From the NCBI RefSeq assembly GCF_037042905.1, contig NC_087250.1, forward strand, positions 27,158,001 to 27,222,000: 64,000 nucleotides of DNA, written 5' to 3'. A model generated the notes under the pieces. The model was not told the DNA's origin and did no database searches. It saw nothing but the letters and a program-made list of their open reading frames with translations. This stretch comes from Lytechinus pictus (lineage: Eukaryota). Shown here in pieces: positions 12,724 to 25,385 of this stretch. Both the position numbers and the translations under genes were made by a program. Position 1 is the first letter of the stretch. Each line of letters begins with the position of its first letter.

Positions 12724-15700
12724 AAAGAAAAAAAAGGTTATCACCCCAAATGTAAGGGGGCATTTTGACCAAAAAAATGACAAGCAAAAAAAAGAAAAGA
12801 AGGTTATTACCCAATAAGTATGTTCACCTCGTCCTAAATACATGTCTTGTTTCAATTTCTTTCTTTCCATCACAAAAGACCGAAATATTAGGCGGAGGGT
12901 GACATTATTTTGATATTAAGTCCCCCTTCTTTTTTGGGTCGGCGGTACACGTCCCCCGTCGAATTTCCGTCCAAGACATGATGGTATCATCCAGGCAAGG
13001 AGGATCGTGAAATTCGTGAAATCAGATCGCTTTGACTGGGTCAGCCCTTGTCTCGTTACTCCTTCTAGTAACCTTGTAGGATGTGATGGAGACAAACTTC
13101 TTATCTACAGGAAGACATTCCTCTTGTAAATCATCTAGACGATCAAAGGAGTGATACCGGATTTGTAAGAGAAATATAGACTAGAGATTTGTTTTCACTT
13201 TTACTTACATTTCAATTTACGTCCTTCTAGCTCTATTATGTACGTGACTACATATTCATATACACATGGTCATGGTCTGTAAAATGTTGTCTCAATCCAA
13301 ATCAAATAGAAAGCTTCCCTAGTATTCAAATTTAGGTCTGTAATGCATGTCCTCAGATCCAAATGAATAGTTTACTCGTATCATGACAAAAAAAATAGGT
13401 AAATGAATTGCCTACTTGAACCAGATGGTTATTGTAGAAAGTCTTTTAGAATGGCTGAATTCAGTGTTGAATGTGTTAATAACTGATTTCTGTGAAGTGA
13501 ACGCAATCATTTACCAAACAACATTTCGTTCAATTTCATTCGATGTTATTCTCCTAATAGTGGTCGGGCTATTCCTTGATTGAAATTGCTCTCGACTTTT
13601 AAGGTATTTGATTTCAATCAATTCATCAGGACCTCATTTTATTTTTAAAAAGTTGGCTATGATAGCAATTGCTGCTGGTATGTCAACTACTATGACAACA
13701 ATAACAATTTTGCTTTCCGATTGGCTCTTCCAATAAAATTTGACATTCGAAATGGAGCTGTTATCATAGACAGTTTTTATGAAATGGCACCCTAGTATGA
13801 AATGGAAGTTTCGTATTTTACACAATCCCCCTCATGAATGTTCAAGAAAAATAAGACTAAATCTCGTAAATATTGGTGTTCAATAGCATTCTTGCTTAGT
13901 CTGCATTCATATGACAATAGATGAAAATAAAAAGAAGGGGATAATAATACCCATATAATTCTCTTTCCACCAACTGAATATTCTCTTATTATGTGTCATC
14001 TGTTCAATCCATCTCAATGTATATTTATCATATTCATGAAAGTATTGCATCATATCAATCAGTTTATTTTTCTTCGTTTGTACAGCTCTTACATTATTCT
14101 CATATCGGCTTATTATTGTCAAGATAGATTACTGATATAATATATAAAAATATATGATAACATATATAATCCCAACATGATTTTTTTTTTTAAATTGGCT
14201 ACCTGACTAGGGAATCTAAAGTAACAATCACATGGAATAGAAGGATTTTTTTTAGTTGTTTGTGTCGACGTACTGTAATGATGTGTTTGCGCCCGCTACG
14301 TTCAGTAATGTTTATCAATATCATGATATTATGTCAAATTAATTTCATTATAAAGATCATATGAAAAAAAAACATATGATAGTTGATCGTACCATGCTGT
14401 AAATAAATAAAACAGGCATATACAATAGAGAGAATTAGATTATTTGTCAAATAACTGCACATAATGTAGCTTTCGTTCGTGGTTTCATGTTAATCTAATA
14501 TTCAATTTGTTAATTTCGTTTCCATTTTAAATTTTATTTATTGTGTAAACAAGAAGTCTATGCCAGAGGCATTAGCTAAAGTGAATATTCTAAAGGTCGT
14601 ATGAAAATGGTCGTATTCTTCTGATCATTATTGATTCACATCGTAGTTATCCTTATACATCTACCCCCCCCCTTCTATCTATCTCTCCTTTTAACCCCTA
14701 AATAATCAACTATACATATTTTGTTTAGTTAGGGTTTATGTTTTATTTCAACTATGAATTTAATTGCTTGTCGTTGTCTATATAGTATAGGTTATTCAAT
14801 ATTCGTTCCTAAAATGGAATGGGGGAGAGTGCTTTATATCAATATTTTCTTCCGGCAATATGTCAGATCTAACGACTTTTCTTGATTTAGATTGCCTGAG
14901 AAGCACTCTTACTATGGGAACTGTTGAATGAAACGCTTGATAATTCATTTTTTTTTATTTGTTCAATATTTGTTGTTTAATATATACAGCTGATATACAG
15001 CTGATTACAATTTGCTTCATAAAATTTGGGAAACCATTGTACATAACATGCATGATGATCATTTATAATATGAGATAAATTGAGGATATCATGATCTATT
15101 ATTTTCAAATGTGTATTGCAAGATGAGTAGAAAGTATATGTTTGCTTTTGATATAATAAATTTTCATTATGCTTTGTTGTGAATTACTAACACTGTTAAA
15201 TAGAAAAAAGCCAATGTTTATTGTTGTGTAGACTTTAGTCAAGACGAAATTATGGTCATCTACTTGAGAGCGGAAAATAGTCATTTGGAAATAGAAAGGA
15301 AATATCTTTCTTTACTGTAAGCTACGGTATTTAGAACATTTCGATAAATGTTTGCCAATGCAATGATAGTTTTAAACAAATAACTGATCCAATTATCAAC
15401 CGATCTGAAGAAATATCTAAGATTTTAAATTGATCGAAATCTTTGCATGGTTTATTTTGAGGTCATCATCACGGTGATGAGGAGGGTGTTTTCTAATGCA
15501 CAAATAATCATGTAATATTATTATCAAGAAATTTTGTCACCATAAACGAAATTAAATGTCAAACTCCCAAAACCCGACTCTATAGGCATTTCATATTTCT
15601 AATTTACAAATGAGTATATTGGACATGTAGAAATGGTTGAAAATACTATATAGAATGATGGTGACAGACGAAGGGGATAAAGATAAGAGAAAGAGAGAGG

Positions 15701-15892
15701 GGTTGGCAAAGTGGTGCGGAGTGAGAGAAAACAAAATGGAGAGACGATGAAAATAAGAACGGAGAAAGAAGGGAAAAAAGATAACAATAGAAGGATGAAG
15801 AGACGGAAGATGGGAGGGAGAGAGAGAGAGAGGAAGAGAAGGATGCCAACGTTTCTTACTTTTTTGTATAACCAGGAAATGCGATACGATTA

Positions 15893-16468
15893 TATAATAT
15901 TAACATAATATTGACTGGCCTTGAGGGGAACATCAAATATATTGCCAGCAAAAGAATCATATTGGCCCGAGTCTTTAGACGAGGGCAATATGGGTCTTTT
16001 AAGGGCAATTTATTTGATGTTCCCCGAAAGAAGAGCCAGTCAATATTTTTATTATCATCCAAATCAGATATCTAGAGCAAGAATCATGAAAATCGTGATA
16101 TTTCTTTGAAGAATAGAGTTCTATCGTGTCATGTCATCATCAGGGTCTAGGCTCTGCATTTTACCATTATGACGTACTTGCAAGTGCCCAGATCCGGCGT
16201 TGTCTTTACTATGACGTAGATTGTTGGTGCGCGGATCAATATGAAGCGTATCTCTTCATATGCATCCTCAAATTAGTCCCGGATGTGAGACCAGGGAAAA
16301 AGCAAAGGTATATTTTGCGTCGTCTTTGCAAGCAAAGTCATTACGCGCATTGAGACCGAATAAAAATACAAACAATATACCTATCCCTTCCCGGTATTCA
16401 GAAAATGTAGGGCAATACGGTTTTGGAAATGACCAGCTCAGATGTCTGATACGGATGATAATAAATTA
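15893..16468. mobile_element. Non-autonomous element with internal inverted repeat (possibly CryptonV-like)
   Basis: atattgactggc…ggaacatcaaat / atttgatgttcc…gccagtcaatat inverted pair around gcccgag…cgagggc. Not seen in the paralogous block. The family call is tentative. Confidence 0.35.
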
Positions 16469-16713
16469 TATTAAATGTGACCATTATACTACTTCAATGT
16501 ATTAAAAGAAAAACACCAGTCATGACTGTCATGTGGAATTTATGTTCCGTGCTTCAACAAAATAATATATCAAAAACAATATCACAATACAAGAAATACA
16601 TTTGATTATATACAGAATACAGAAGATTATGACAATTTCATTAAATGAAATTGAAATACATGTATGTGAAAGAACCTGGATAAAAAGTTGAGTTTGTAAC
16701 GTCTGAAGGTTTC

Positions 16714-17296
16714 TTAAAGGAAACCAAAACCCAAGAAGAGAAGCAATCTTATTGGAAAGATTAAAATGAGAGGAACAATTTAAAAAAAAAGTTTCATCAA
16801 AACCGGTTATGAAATAAGCAAGTTATGGACGATTAAAAAGTCTTGTTGTACTTTCTATGTGGATCCTCAAATTGGCAACATGCTTCAAAATAGTTGACTT
16901 TGTGGACAACTCTCCATTTGTTTTGCACATATTTTCAGATTTCCCCCTTTATTTTACATATTTCACATTATCACCTCCTGACCTAGACATATAGGGTATG
17001 TATTATATTTTCCCATGATATGTGTTGTGCTCAGAAGGAGGCAATATGCAATTTGAAAGATAATGAGGAAAATATGAAAATTCGTGTACAAAACAAATGG
17101 AGAGTTGTACACAAAATCAGCCATTTTGAAGCACGTTTGCCAATTTGAGGATGCCCATAGAAAGTACAACAAGAGTTTTCAAACTCCCATAACTTGCTTA
17201 TTTCATAACCGATTTTGATGAAACTTTTTTATTGTTCCTTTCATGTTACTCGTTCCAATAAGATTGCCTCTCTTCTTGGGTTTTGGTTTCCTTTAA
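16714..17296. mobile_element. Kolobok-type fold-back MITE (TTAA TSD)
   Basis: ttaaaggaaaccaaaaccc … gggttttggtttcctttaa with ~230-bp inverted arms. Empty site in the paralog near 59415. Confidence 0.85.
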
Positions 17297-17801
17297 TACG
17301 GTATGGATGCTGTTTTCATGGTACTTCCTCTCGGGGGAAGGGGGCTTTAAGTATATCTAACAAAATATTATATATGCATAGACATACTGAGCAACTCACC
17401 TGTCTTATTAAAGACCCCATTGAAAGTGATTTTCTTCTGCTTTAGAAGCCTAAGTATTTTGGCCTCCTTAAAGTGTCAACGATCTGAAGTTGGATATCAT
17501 CTATACCCCCTTCGTATATTCTTCCATTCTATCTCAAAAGATGGCGCTCTTTCAAGCCTACATTACACTCACATTGAAGCACTTGATAAAGATGTGGTTT
17601 TGGACATTAAATCAGTTCAAATCAGAAGCTATATGCAATCCACATTTGAATTGACATGGAACTATTAAGTTTAAAGCTAAATAGAGAGAGGGAGAGGGAG
17701 GGTAAGAGCTGGCGGGTTTTTTTTCTGAAAAGTTGTAAAATTAATGATCGAATAAGATATTAATTGATCGGTGTAAGTGATTACATGGGTAAATTACAAA
17801 G

Positions 17802-18013
17802 TGTTGTGTATTTATAGGGTTCTTCATAGGGAACATCCAGTAATCAGTCTCGAAGACTACAACTGTGTTTGATCAACGTTCATCTTTAATACGCACAAAC
17901 TCTGGATTCACACTACATCAAGTTCGTATAACACGGAGTTCAATGAGTAACTATGTCGTTACTACGCTATCTATGAAGTGCCAACTGTATCAATGAAATA
18001 TGTATATCTAACA
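17802..18013 (-). repeat. 3' LTR
   Basis: Near-identical to 24439-24650. Confidence 0.95.
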
Positions 18014-19031
18014 TTTCTCTCCCCTCCTAATATAAAAGTTGTTTACCTGTGGTATAAAGAAATATGCATTTCATACATATTAATATGCAATTCTGTCACT
18101 TGTAATTCACCTTAAAATAACAAAAACATGATAATTGAACCATTATACCAATTATTCAATGTATCATACTATTGGTTTACCCATGTCCGTTTTCGATAGT
18201 AGAATAAACATTCTTTACTGTAATACCTTCACATATCCAAGTATAAATATTATTCTGTAATGAAACCAAGTCTGTCAAATTTACATCTTTGTGAGTTTAA
18301 CTGTGTAATAAAATATCACTCAACCAAAGTAACTGTTCGTTTTGGGTAATTATTTGTGTTTGCTTCTCTAGTACTTATAAATTTTTAACATATGCATCTC
18401 TCATATTTAATGAGTTTGTTAATGTTAAATCTCCAAAGAACCTACTTTTCCATGGTTCATGGTAAAAACTGAACATATTATCTCCAAAGAAAATAAGTTA
18501 ATGCTACTGTTTGTAATAGTTAACCTTTAACATCAATATGCAAAATAAACAAAACAACTGGTCACAGACTTTTGTGACACCTTTGAACACCAGATGCAAT
18601 AACACCAATAAATCTTTAACTCACATAGTTTCAACAAGTCTACTGGGTTGCTTTCTTACCCTGTCAGATCTTCTCAACCTGAAGCTGTCAGGTTTGGGAA
18701 AATCCACCTGATTCCCATTTGTTTCATTTTCCATACTACCCATTCGTTGAGATGGTTCTAGCATAGACAAATCTGCCCTAGTTTGAGGCTCCCTGGTACC
18801 AATACCTATTGGATCTCTACCAACATCATTGTATCTACTCTGTAACTTTTCTATCTCTGTATCTAAGTCAAACTCTGTACCTGGAGTTTCAGTCTCTCCA
18901 TCTTCCTTTACTAATCTAGGCAACAATTGATCTACATGTCTTCGCCATACCCCTTTCTCAACCTGTACTTTGTATCCTAAAGGACCTTCCCTGTCTACTA
19001 TTTGACCTGGTACCCATCTAATCCTTCCTAC

Positions 19032-20529
19032 CACTGGCGTAAATCCGTGTTGATGGGTGGGGGGGATGACTGAAATATTTTGGCATTTTTTTTGCAATCA
19101 TGTTTTTAGATATGCAAGGAATTGCCATTGATATGTCCACAGTGGCGTACCGTGGGTCACGGCATGGGGGGGGGGGGCACCAGCAAAAAAATTGAATCAC
19201 TGAGTGAGTGCGCTAGTGAGCGCGCTCAGTTGCCAGTTATACTGACCTAATAGAGACATTTTTAAGGACAATGTCATTAAACTGATATGTATCTCACTGA
19301 TCAAATAATGCGAGCGCGAAGCGCGAGCTGAAATTTTTTTATATTCACACCTAAAAAGGGACATTATAATCAAATTTGTGTAAACATGATAGGTACCTGT
19401 CTCGCTAAACAATGCGAGCGCGAAGCGCGAGCTGAAAATTTAGATAATTCAGACCTGAAGTGGGGCATTCTAAGGTTTTTTTGTAAGAATTAACTAGGAC
19501 CATACGTATTTCATTAACCAAATGATGCGAGCGCAAAGCGCGAGCTGAAAATGTTTGATATTCAGATTAGAAGGGACATTTTAAGGACTGATTTTAGTAA
19601 TTTATGAAAAGCAGACATATCTCACCAATCCACTAATGCGAACGTAATCACGGACAGGAAATGTTTCATATAAACGAAGACCTTAACATGGGGCAATCAC
19701 TTTTTGAGTCGTGAAAAAGAAGCATATGTCACTACATAAAACAATGATAACTCAAGTGCTAGGAAATATATTTGGTTTATATTGACTTGAAAACGGGATG
19801 TTTTAGTACAACAGGATTATATATCACGTTAAACAGACAATGCGAGCACCAGGAACAATGAAGACGTAGGCCCTGGGCAAATTATGTTTCATAAAGTTAT
19901 GATAAATATGTTTCTTTTGTAATGTAACATAACATAATTATAATATAATATAACATTATAATGAATAATATTTTCTTCTTTCCCACTACGTTTCTCTTCC
20001 TTTCTCCCTCTTTTTCCTTTTCCCCTTTCCCCGTTTTTTTTTGGGTCAGCCGATGGGGGGGGGGGGGGGGATGTGCCCCCCATGCCCCCCGTAGTTACGC
20101 CACTGTATGTCCATATGGCAAATACCCCTCCAATATTATTATCTTTTTTACCCCATGATGGTTTAATGGTTTTATTAGAGATTACATTAAAAAAAAATTG
20201 ACATTCCATCTTAATCCCTTCCCAAAGACCCCAACATTGATGAATTGGAAGAAACGGGGATTTCTCTTCAATGTTATAATAAGGACATAAGTATTTCGTT
20301 TGGAAATGGTGAACTGGCTCTTTATTTGCATTTTATGATTCAATAATATTGTTTTATTTGTTAAGCGGTATTTTAGGAAGAATTTTCACCAATAAAACAA
20401 TTATCTCTTGTGATTTTTTTTTCATTTATTTCGCAAAAAGTGGGGGGGATGTTTGTACAGGCCATCCCCCCCTCCTCGAAAAGTGGGGGGGATATATCCC
20501 CCCCATCCCCCCCGGGATTTACGCCAGTG
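19032..20529. mobile_element. hAT-like non-autonomous element inserted in the Gypsy integrase
   Basis: TIR cactggcgtaaatcc / ggatttacgccagtg, 8-bp TSD CTTCCTAC (19024-19031, 20530-20537). Confidence 0.9.
19140..20105. mobile_element. Second hAT-like element nested inside the first
   Basis: TIR cagtggcgta / tacgccactg, 8-bp TSD TATGTCCA (19132-19139, 20106-20113). Confidence 0.9.
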
Positions 20530-23500
20530 CTTCCTACACAATCACGGGCCAAAACATGGTCACCTATCTCAAATTTTCGCAATCTATTGGTCTTCCTGTG
20601 TGTTTCTCTCTGCATGGTTTGCTCGTGTAATTGGCTCGCAAACCTTCTTGTGACGTTAGGGCTGAGGTTATCCAACCTACTACGCAAAGGTCTATTCAAG
20701 AACAACGCTGCGGGAGATTCGCCCGTAACCGAATGTGCGGCATTCCGGTATGCCAAAAGAAATCTGACCAATCTCGACTGAACATTTCCTGCGTCTGATT
20801 TGGATGCTCTCAGTGCTTGTTTCACTGATTGTACGAAACGCTCGGCCTGCCCATTTGTACTCGGATGATAGGGCGCGCTTCGCTTATGCACTATTCCATT
20901 CAACTTCATGAATTCTGTGAATTCCGCGGATGTAAACTGTGGACCATTGTCCGATACTAGGATCTGTGGTAGTCCAAATCTTGCAAATATGCTTCTCAAT
21001 GCTTCAATGGTTTTCTCGGTAGTAATATTTGGCATAATAGTCTCCTCTGGCCATTTACTATATGCATCAACAACAATCATGAACATCAGTCCTTCCAAGG
21101 GACCCGCAAAATCTACATGAATCCTCTCCATAGGCCGCGTTGCTGGGATCCATGGATGCAATGGACTTGGCGATGGTTGCTTCTGAACCACCTGACATGT
21201 TTGACATTGCTTCGCCGCATCTTCAATTTGCGCATCAATGCCAGGCCACCATACATGGCTGCGCGCAATGGCCTTCATTTTGACTACGCCTAAGTGCCCT
21301 TCATGTACTTCTTGCAAAACTGCACTGCGCATTTTCAGTGGTACCACGATTCGCATTCCCCATAACAAAATTCCTTTTTCTATGGTAATCTCGAATCTGC
21401 GCCCATAGAAGCCTTGCAGATCTTTGTCTGCTTCCGGTAACCGCTTAGGCCACCCATCTAGAGAATAGCGCATTACTCTCGACAGTGTATTGTCCTTGCG
21501 CGTCGCGTTGCGCAATTCCTCATAACTCATCGGTAAAGTATCTACGTGACAGATAGCTACATTTTCCGGTTCTTGAACATCCGGTTCTTCCTTTCTGTCA
21601 GGTAACCGTGAAAAACAATCGGCATTGGCATTCGCTTGGGATGTACGATATCGAATATCATAATCAAAGCCTGCCAGGTACATCGCCCATCGCTGCATTC
21701 GTTCGGCTGCTAGAGCAGGCAAGCTCTTGTACGGTCCGAATATAGCTGTGAGTGGCTTATTGTCAGTCACCAGTGTGAACTTACGACCGAATATATACAT
21801 GTGGAATCTTCTAAGTGCGAACACTATCGCCAACGCTTCTCTCTCTATTTGCGGATAATTGCGTTCTGCCTTTGTCAACGCACGTGAGGCAAACATGACT
21901 GGCCTTTCCTCACCACTCGCATAAATTTGCGATAGAACCGCCCCTATTCCTATCGGACTGGCATCCGTGGCAACCGTCATCGGTAAAGTCGGATCAAAAT
22001 GTGCAAGAAATCCCGATGATTTCAACAATGACTTGGAGCGTAAAAATGCTCGCTCTGCTTCGATATTCCACACAAATTTTCGTTCTGACTTCAATAAGTC
22101 TGTAAGCGGCGCGATTTCGTGGGCCAAGTTAGGTATGAACTTCCTGTAATAGTTCAATAGGCCTAAATAAGACCTCAACTCTGAAACACTTTGTGGTCTT
22201 TCTAGCTCCTCGAGCTTCTTCATTTTGTCGGGGGTCTTATGTACTCCGCTCCTATCAATGACATGCCCCAAAAACTCAATCGATTCTTGCGCAAACCTGC
22301 ATTTCTCCTGCCTTAGAGTGAGATTTCTCTCTTCTAAGCGCGTGAGCACTTTGTCTAGATTCTCGTAGTGCTCTAGCTCAGTACGACCGATTACTAAAAT
22401 GTCGTCTAGGTATACTTGGACACCCGGGAGTCCTTGCAAAACTTGTTCAATCGTCTGCTGCCAAATACTCGGTGCGCTGGTAATTCCAAACACGAGTCGA
22501 TTCTGTTGATAGAAACAGACCCTTGTGGGTTGAGAGTATCAAATACTTCTTTGACTCTTCATCGAGTTCCAACTAATTGTACGCATGTGCCAAGTCTAAC
22601 TTCGAAAAGAGGACCCCTCCATTCAAATTCGCTAGAATATCTTCGACATTGATATTTGGAGGAGGTACCGGTTCGAGATTTGGATTCACTGTGGTCTTAT
22701 AGTTACCGCAAATTCGTACGCTACCGTCTTTCTTGGGCACGGCCACTATGCCTGTGCTCCACCTGGGTAAGTACGCCATTTTCTTGCAAGCGCGTCAATT
22801 CTTTTTCCACTGCTCCCTTCATCGCATAAGGTACCCGAAACGGTTTTGTTACGACCGGCTGTGCATCTTCGCGTACTGTGATATGCGCCTTGACTTTTGT
22901 CAGACGGCCTAGCCGCTGCTCAAACAAGCGATCATGTTTGCCCAAAATCTTATCTAAGCTATGCACTGCCGTAACTGCCTCAGTACTTCGCGAACTAGTA
23001 CTTCTACCAGACTGGGAGATTATTGCAGCCCAATCTAACTTTATAAAACTCAACCAATCTCTGCCGAATAACACAAACTCGGTGTCTACAACGTACAACA
23101 TCAAACTACCTCTGAAGCTCCCATATTTTACTTCTACCTCTATCTTACCTCGAGGTACAGTCTCACCTGGACTTATTGACACGAACACCTTTACACTAGA
23201 CTCTAGAGGAATATGAGTAAAATACTGCATATACATGCTGTACGGAATTATACTAACACCTGAACCGGTGTCCAACTCCATAGCGATCTTGTGACCCTCT
23301 ATCTCTACCTCTACTATTATTGGGGGTGGGGCATTACCCTCTGAATTACCAACTGAGTGAACCTCATTCTTGAACATAGTAGTACGATCATAATCCTCAT
23401 TATGGCCAGTGTGCCTATCATCATACCTATCATACTCTTCTTGTGTTTCATTTGCACCAACCTTCTTTACACTACTTCTCTTAACGTCTCTCTTTTGATT

Positions 23501-24438
23501 ACTGTCTCTGTCTTTCTTTACATCAAATTTATACTTTTCACAGTCTTTGCTCCTGCATTTTCTAGCAATATGCCCCTTCTTTCCACATTTTCTGCACTGT
23601 CCTCGGAAGCTGCACCCTTTCGCCAAATGTCCTTGCTGTCCGCAACGAAAACACTCAAAGTCCTTGTGCTGGTTCTGCTGTCTTCCTGTTCCAGACCTCT
23701 TAGACAGGTGCGATGCGCCGGGATTGCCCTGACGCGCGCCGGGATAACCCTGGCGCTGGCCGGGATTGCCCTGACCAGAAAACATTGATCCTGCTCTCCT
23801 CCTCTGATCAGCTACTGCGTGCACAGAAACACCATCTGACCCCGTTCTCATAGCTTTCGCTTCTCCCAGCGTGACCTCACGATCCAGGGCAAAAGACACA
23901 GCATCCTGGAATGACCTTTCCATCAACTTTAAGGCTGTTCCTTCATCCTTAATTCCGCTGATAAACCTATCACGAAGCTGTTCATCGAGCTTATCAGCAA
24001 ACTCACAATTCAGACTCAAATGTTTCAGCTGCACAACATAGTCTTTCGTAGACTCTCCCTGTGCCTGATCCCTTCGGATAAACTTTCGTCTTTCCGCTAC
24101 AATAATCGGTGTCTTCTTATAATGTCTGCGTAATACTGCTTTCAGCTCATGGTACGATTGATCTGCCGGCTTAGCTGGGGCTAACAAATCCCTAGCTCTC
24201 TTATAAACATCTGCTCCTAACGCATTCAGAAACACTGCCACCACCTTCCTCTCCAACGCTCTCTCCGCCGGAGTCTGCTGGGCGCCGCCCGGTGCAGTCG
24301 CCTGTGGGACCTCGTAGCCGTGCGCTACCAAATGAAGCTCAAAGCGTTCGATATAACAATCAAAGTCCTCGTCCCCCAACTGTCCGAAATTACTCACATT
24401 TGCCATCATGACATTCCCCAACCAACTCGTCGCCAAAC

Positions 24439-24650
24439 TGTTGTGTATTTATAGGGTTCTTTATAGGGAACATCCAGTAATCAGTCTCGAAGACTACAAC
24501 TGTGTTTGATCAACTTTCATCTTTAATACGCACAAACTCTGGATTCACACTACATCAAGTTCGTATAACACGGAGTTCAATGAGTAACTATGTCGTTACT
24601 ACGCTATCTATGAAGTGCCAACTGTATCAATGAAATATGTATATCTAACA
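24439..24650 (-). repeat. 5' LTR
   Basis: Near-identical to 17802-18013 and followed on the minus strand by the PBS. Confidence 0.95.
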
Positions 24651-25089
24651 CAAAGGAATCTGATTTTATTCAGTCAACATTAATCACATGATTTTGCATT
24701 TAGAAATTATGGCGTTCATAATTAAAGTGAAAACCCGAGGGGGTCGTAATAGGTGACATCATTTTGCACGCAAATTAGTCCTAGAAATTATAATCAATAT
24801 ACACGTAAAACGAGCTACAATATAATTTTTATCTTTCCCAAACCATGTCAACACGGCTTATAATAATAATAATGTGTATATCGTTCAGTTTTGACAAAAT
24901 GAATACTAACATGTTTAAAGAAAAGTGCAAGCCCCTGAGACTGGACTTGACTTTTTATTCATTTTTACAACATTGTTTGCTATATGAACGTTAATAGATT
25001 TGGGAAAGTTGTTTAACAGTTCAAACAAGTTTTTAAAGACTTGAACAACAGAGTTCGATTTTTTTAAAATAAATCTAATATGCAATATA

Positions 25090-25385
25090 GGCGCATTGTG
25101 GTCTAGTGGTTCTGACTCCAAGGGTTCGAACTCTAGCCATGGCGTGTTTTCTTTCAGCAGGAAATTTATCCACACAGTGCTGCACTCGACCCAGGTGAGG
25201 TAAATCGGTACCCGGCAGGATTGATTCCTTAAATGCACTGAGCGCTGAAATGCACCTCGAGCTAAAGCCTTGCTAACAATAACATCAATGCACCAAGAAA
25301 AAGATTGTTTCTAGATAGATGGCGCTTTACAATTGAATGTCTATTTTATTATTATTATTACTATTGTTATAATTATTATTATTGT
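25090..25385 (+). mobile_element. tRNA-derived SINE
   Basis: A box TGGTCTAGTGG, B box GGTTCGAACT, conserved core ctcgacccaggtg…ggtacccgg, (TTA)n tail. Related copies at 36008 and 62776. Confidence 0.75.

Larger units (their letters stand above)
11592..13129 (+). pseudogene. 5'-truncated pseudogene copy of the beta-propeller exon of the DD-TIR-CC-propeller gene
   Basis: High similarity to 53757-54390 (e.g. VYVDVDRDGMIIAAQ, IQALSSGDIVVKT, VDKLTDTLYIAY, CLVTPS, CDGDKLLIY). It carries in-frame stops and insertions at 11731-11972 and ~12310-12977. Confidence 0.88.
13130..17650 (+). repeat. Segmental duplication: 3' flank paralogous to ~54391-59780
   Basis: Colinear, diverged similarity continuing from the stop codon (e.g. 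gatttgtaagagaaatatagac at 13160/54421; ccggcaatatgtcagatctaacgactt at 14852/56952; aaagatggcgctctttca at 17537/59654). Confidence 0.85.
18621..24436 (-). pseudogene. Disrupted gag-pol of the Gypsy element
   Basis: Gag with two CCHC knuckles (CFRCGQQGHLAKGC, CRKCGKKGHIARKC), protease LDTGS, RT YLDD, RNase H TDAS, integrase HEGH/CQTC, DFAGP, SDNG, AERFV. There is a frameshift near 22760, a stop at 22573 and a further break near 22500. The integrase tail is split by 19032-20529. Confidence 0.92.
17802..24650 (-). mobile_element. Full-length Ty3/Gypsy (Mag/K02A2.6-like) LTR retrotransposon, inactivated
   Basis: 212-bp TG…CA LTRs at 17802-18013 and 24439-24650 (2 differences seen), CAAAG TSD on both sides, TGGCGACGAG-type PBS (24426-24435), polypurine tract next to 18014, gag-PR-RT-RH-IN order. 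Confidence 0.95.

Noticed and set aside
17420..17668. Short ORF sharing the peptide SKDGAL…YTHI…DIKS with ORF 33055-33333
   Set aside because: Similarity is explained by DNA duplication. Differences are largely non-synonymous and the third copy is frameshifted.
20410..23788. Plus-strand ORFs over the Gypsy element (and antisense ORFs over the LINE and propeller exon)
   Set aside because: Shadow frames of real coding sequence with no recognisable motifs.
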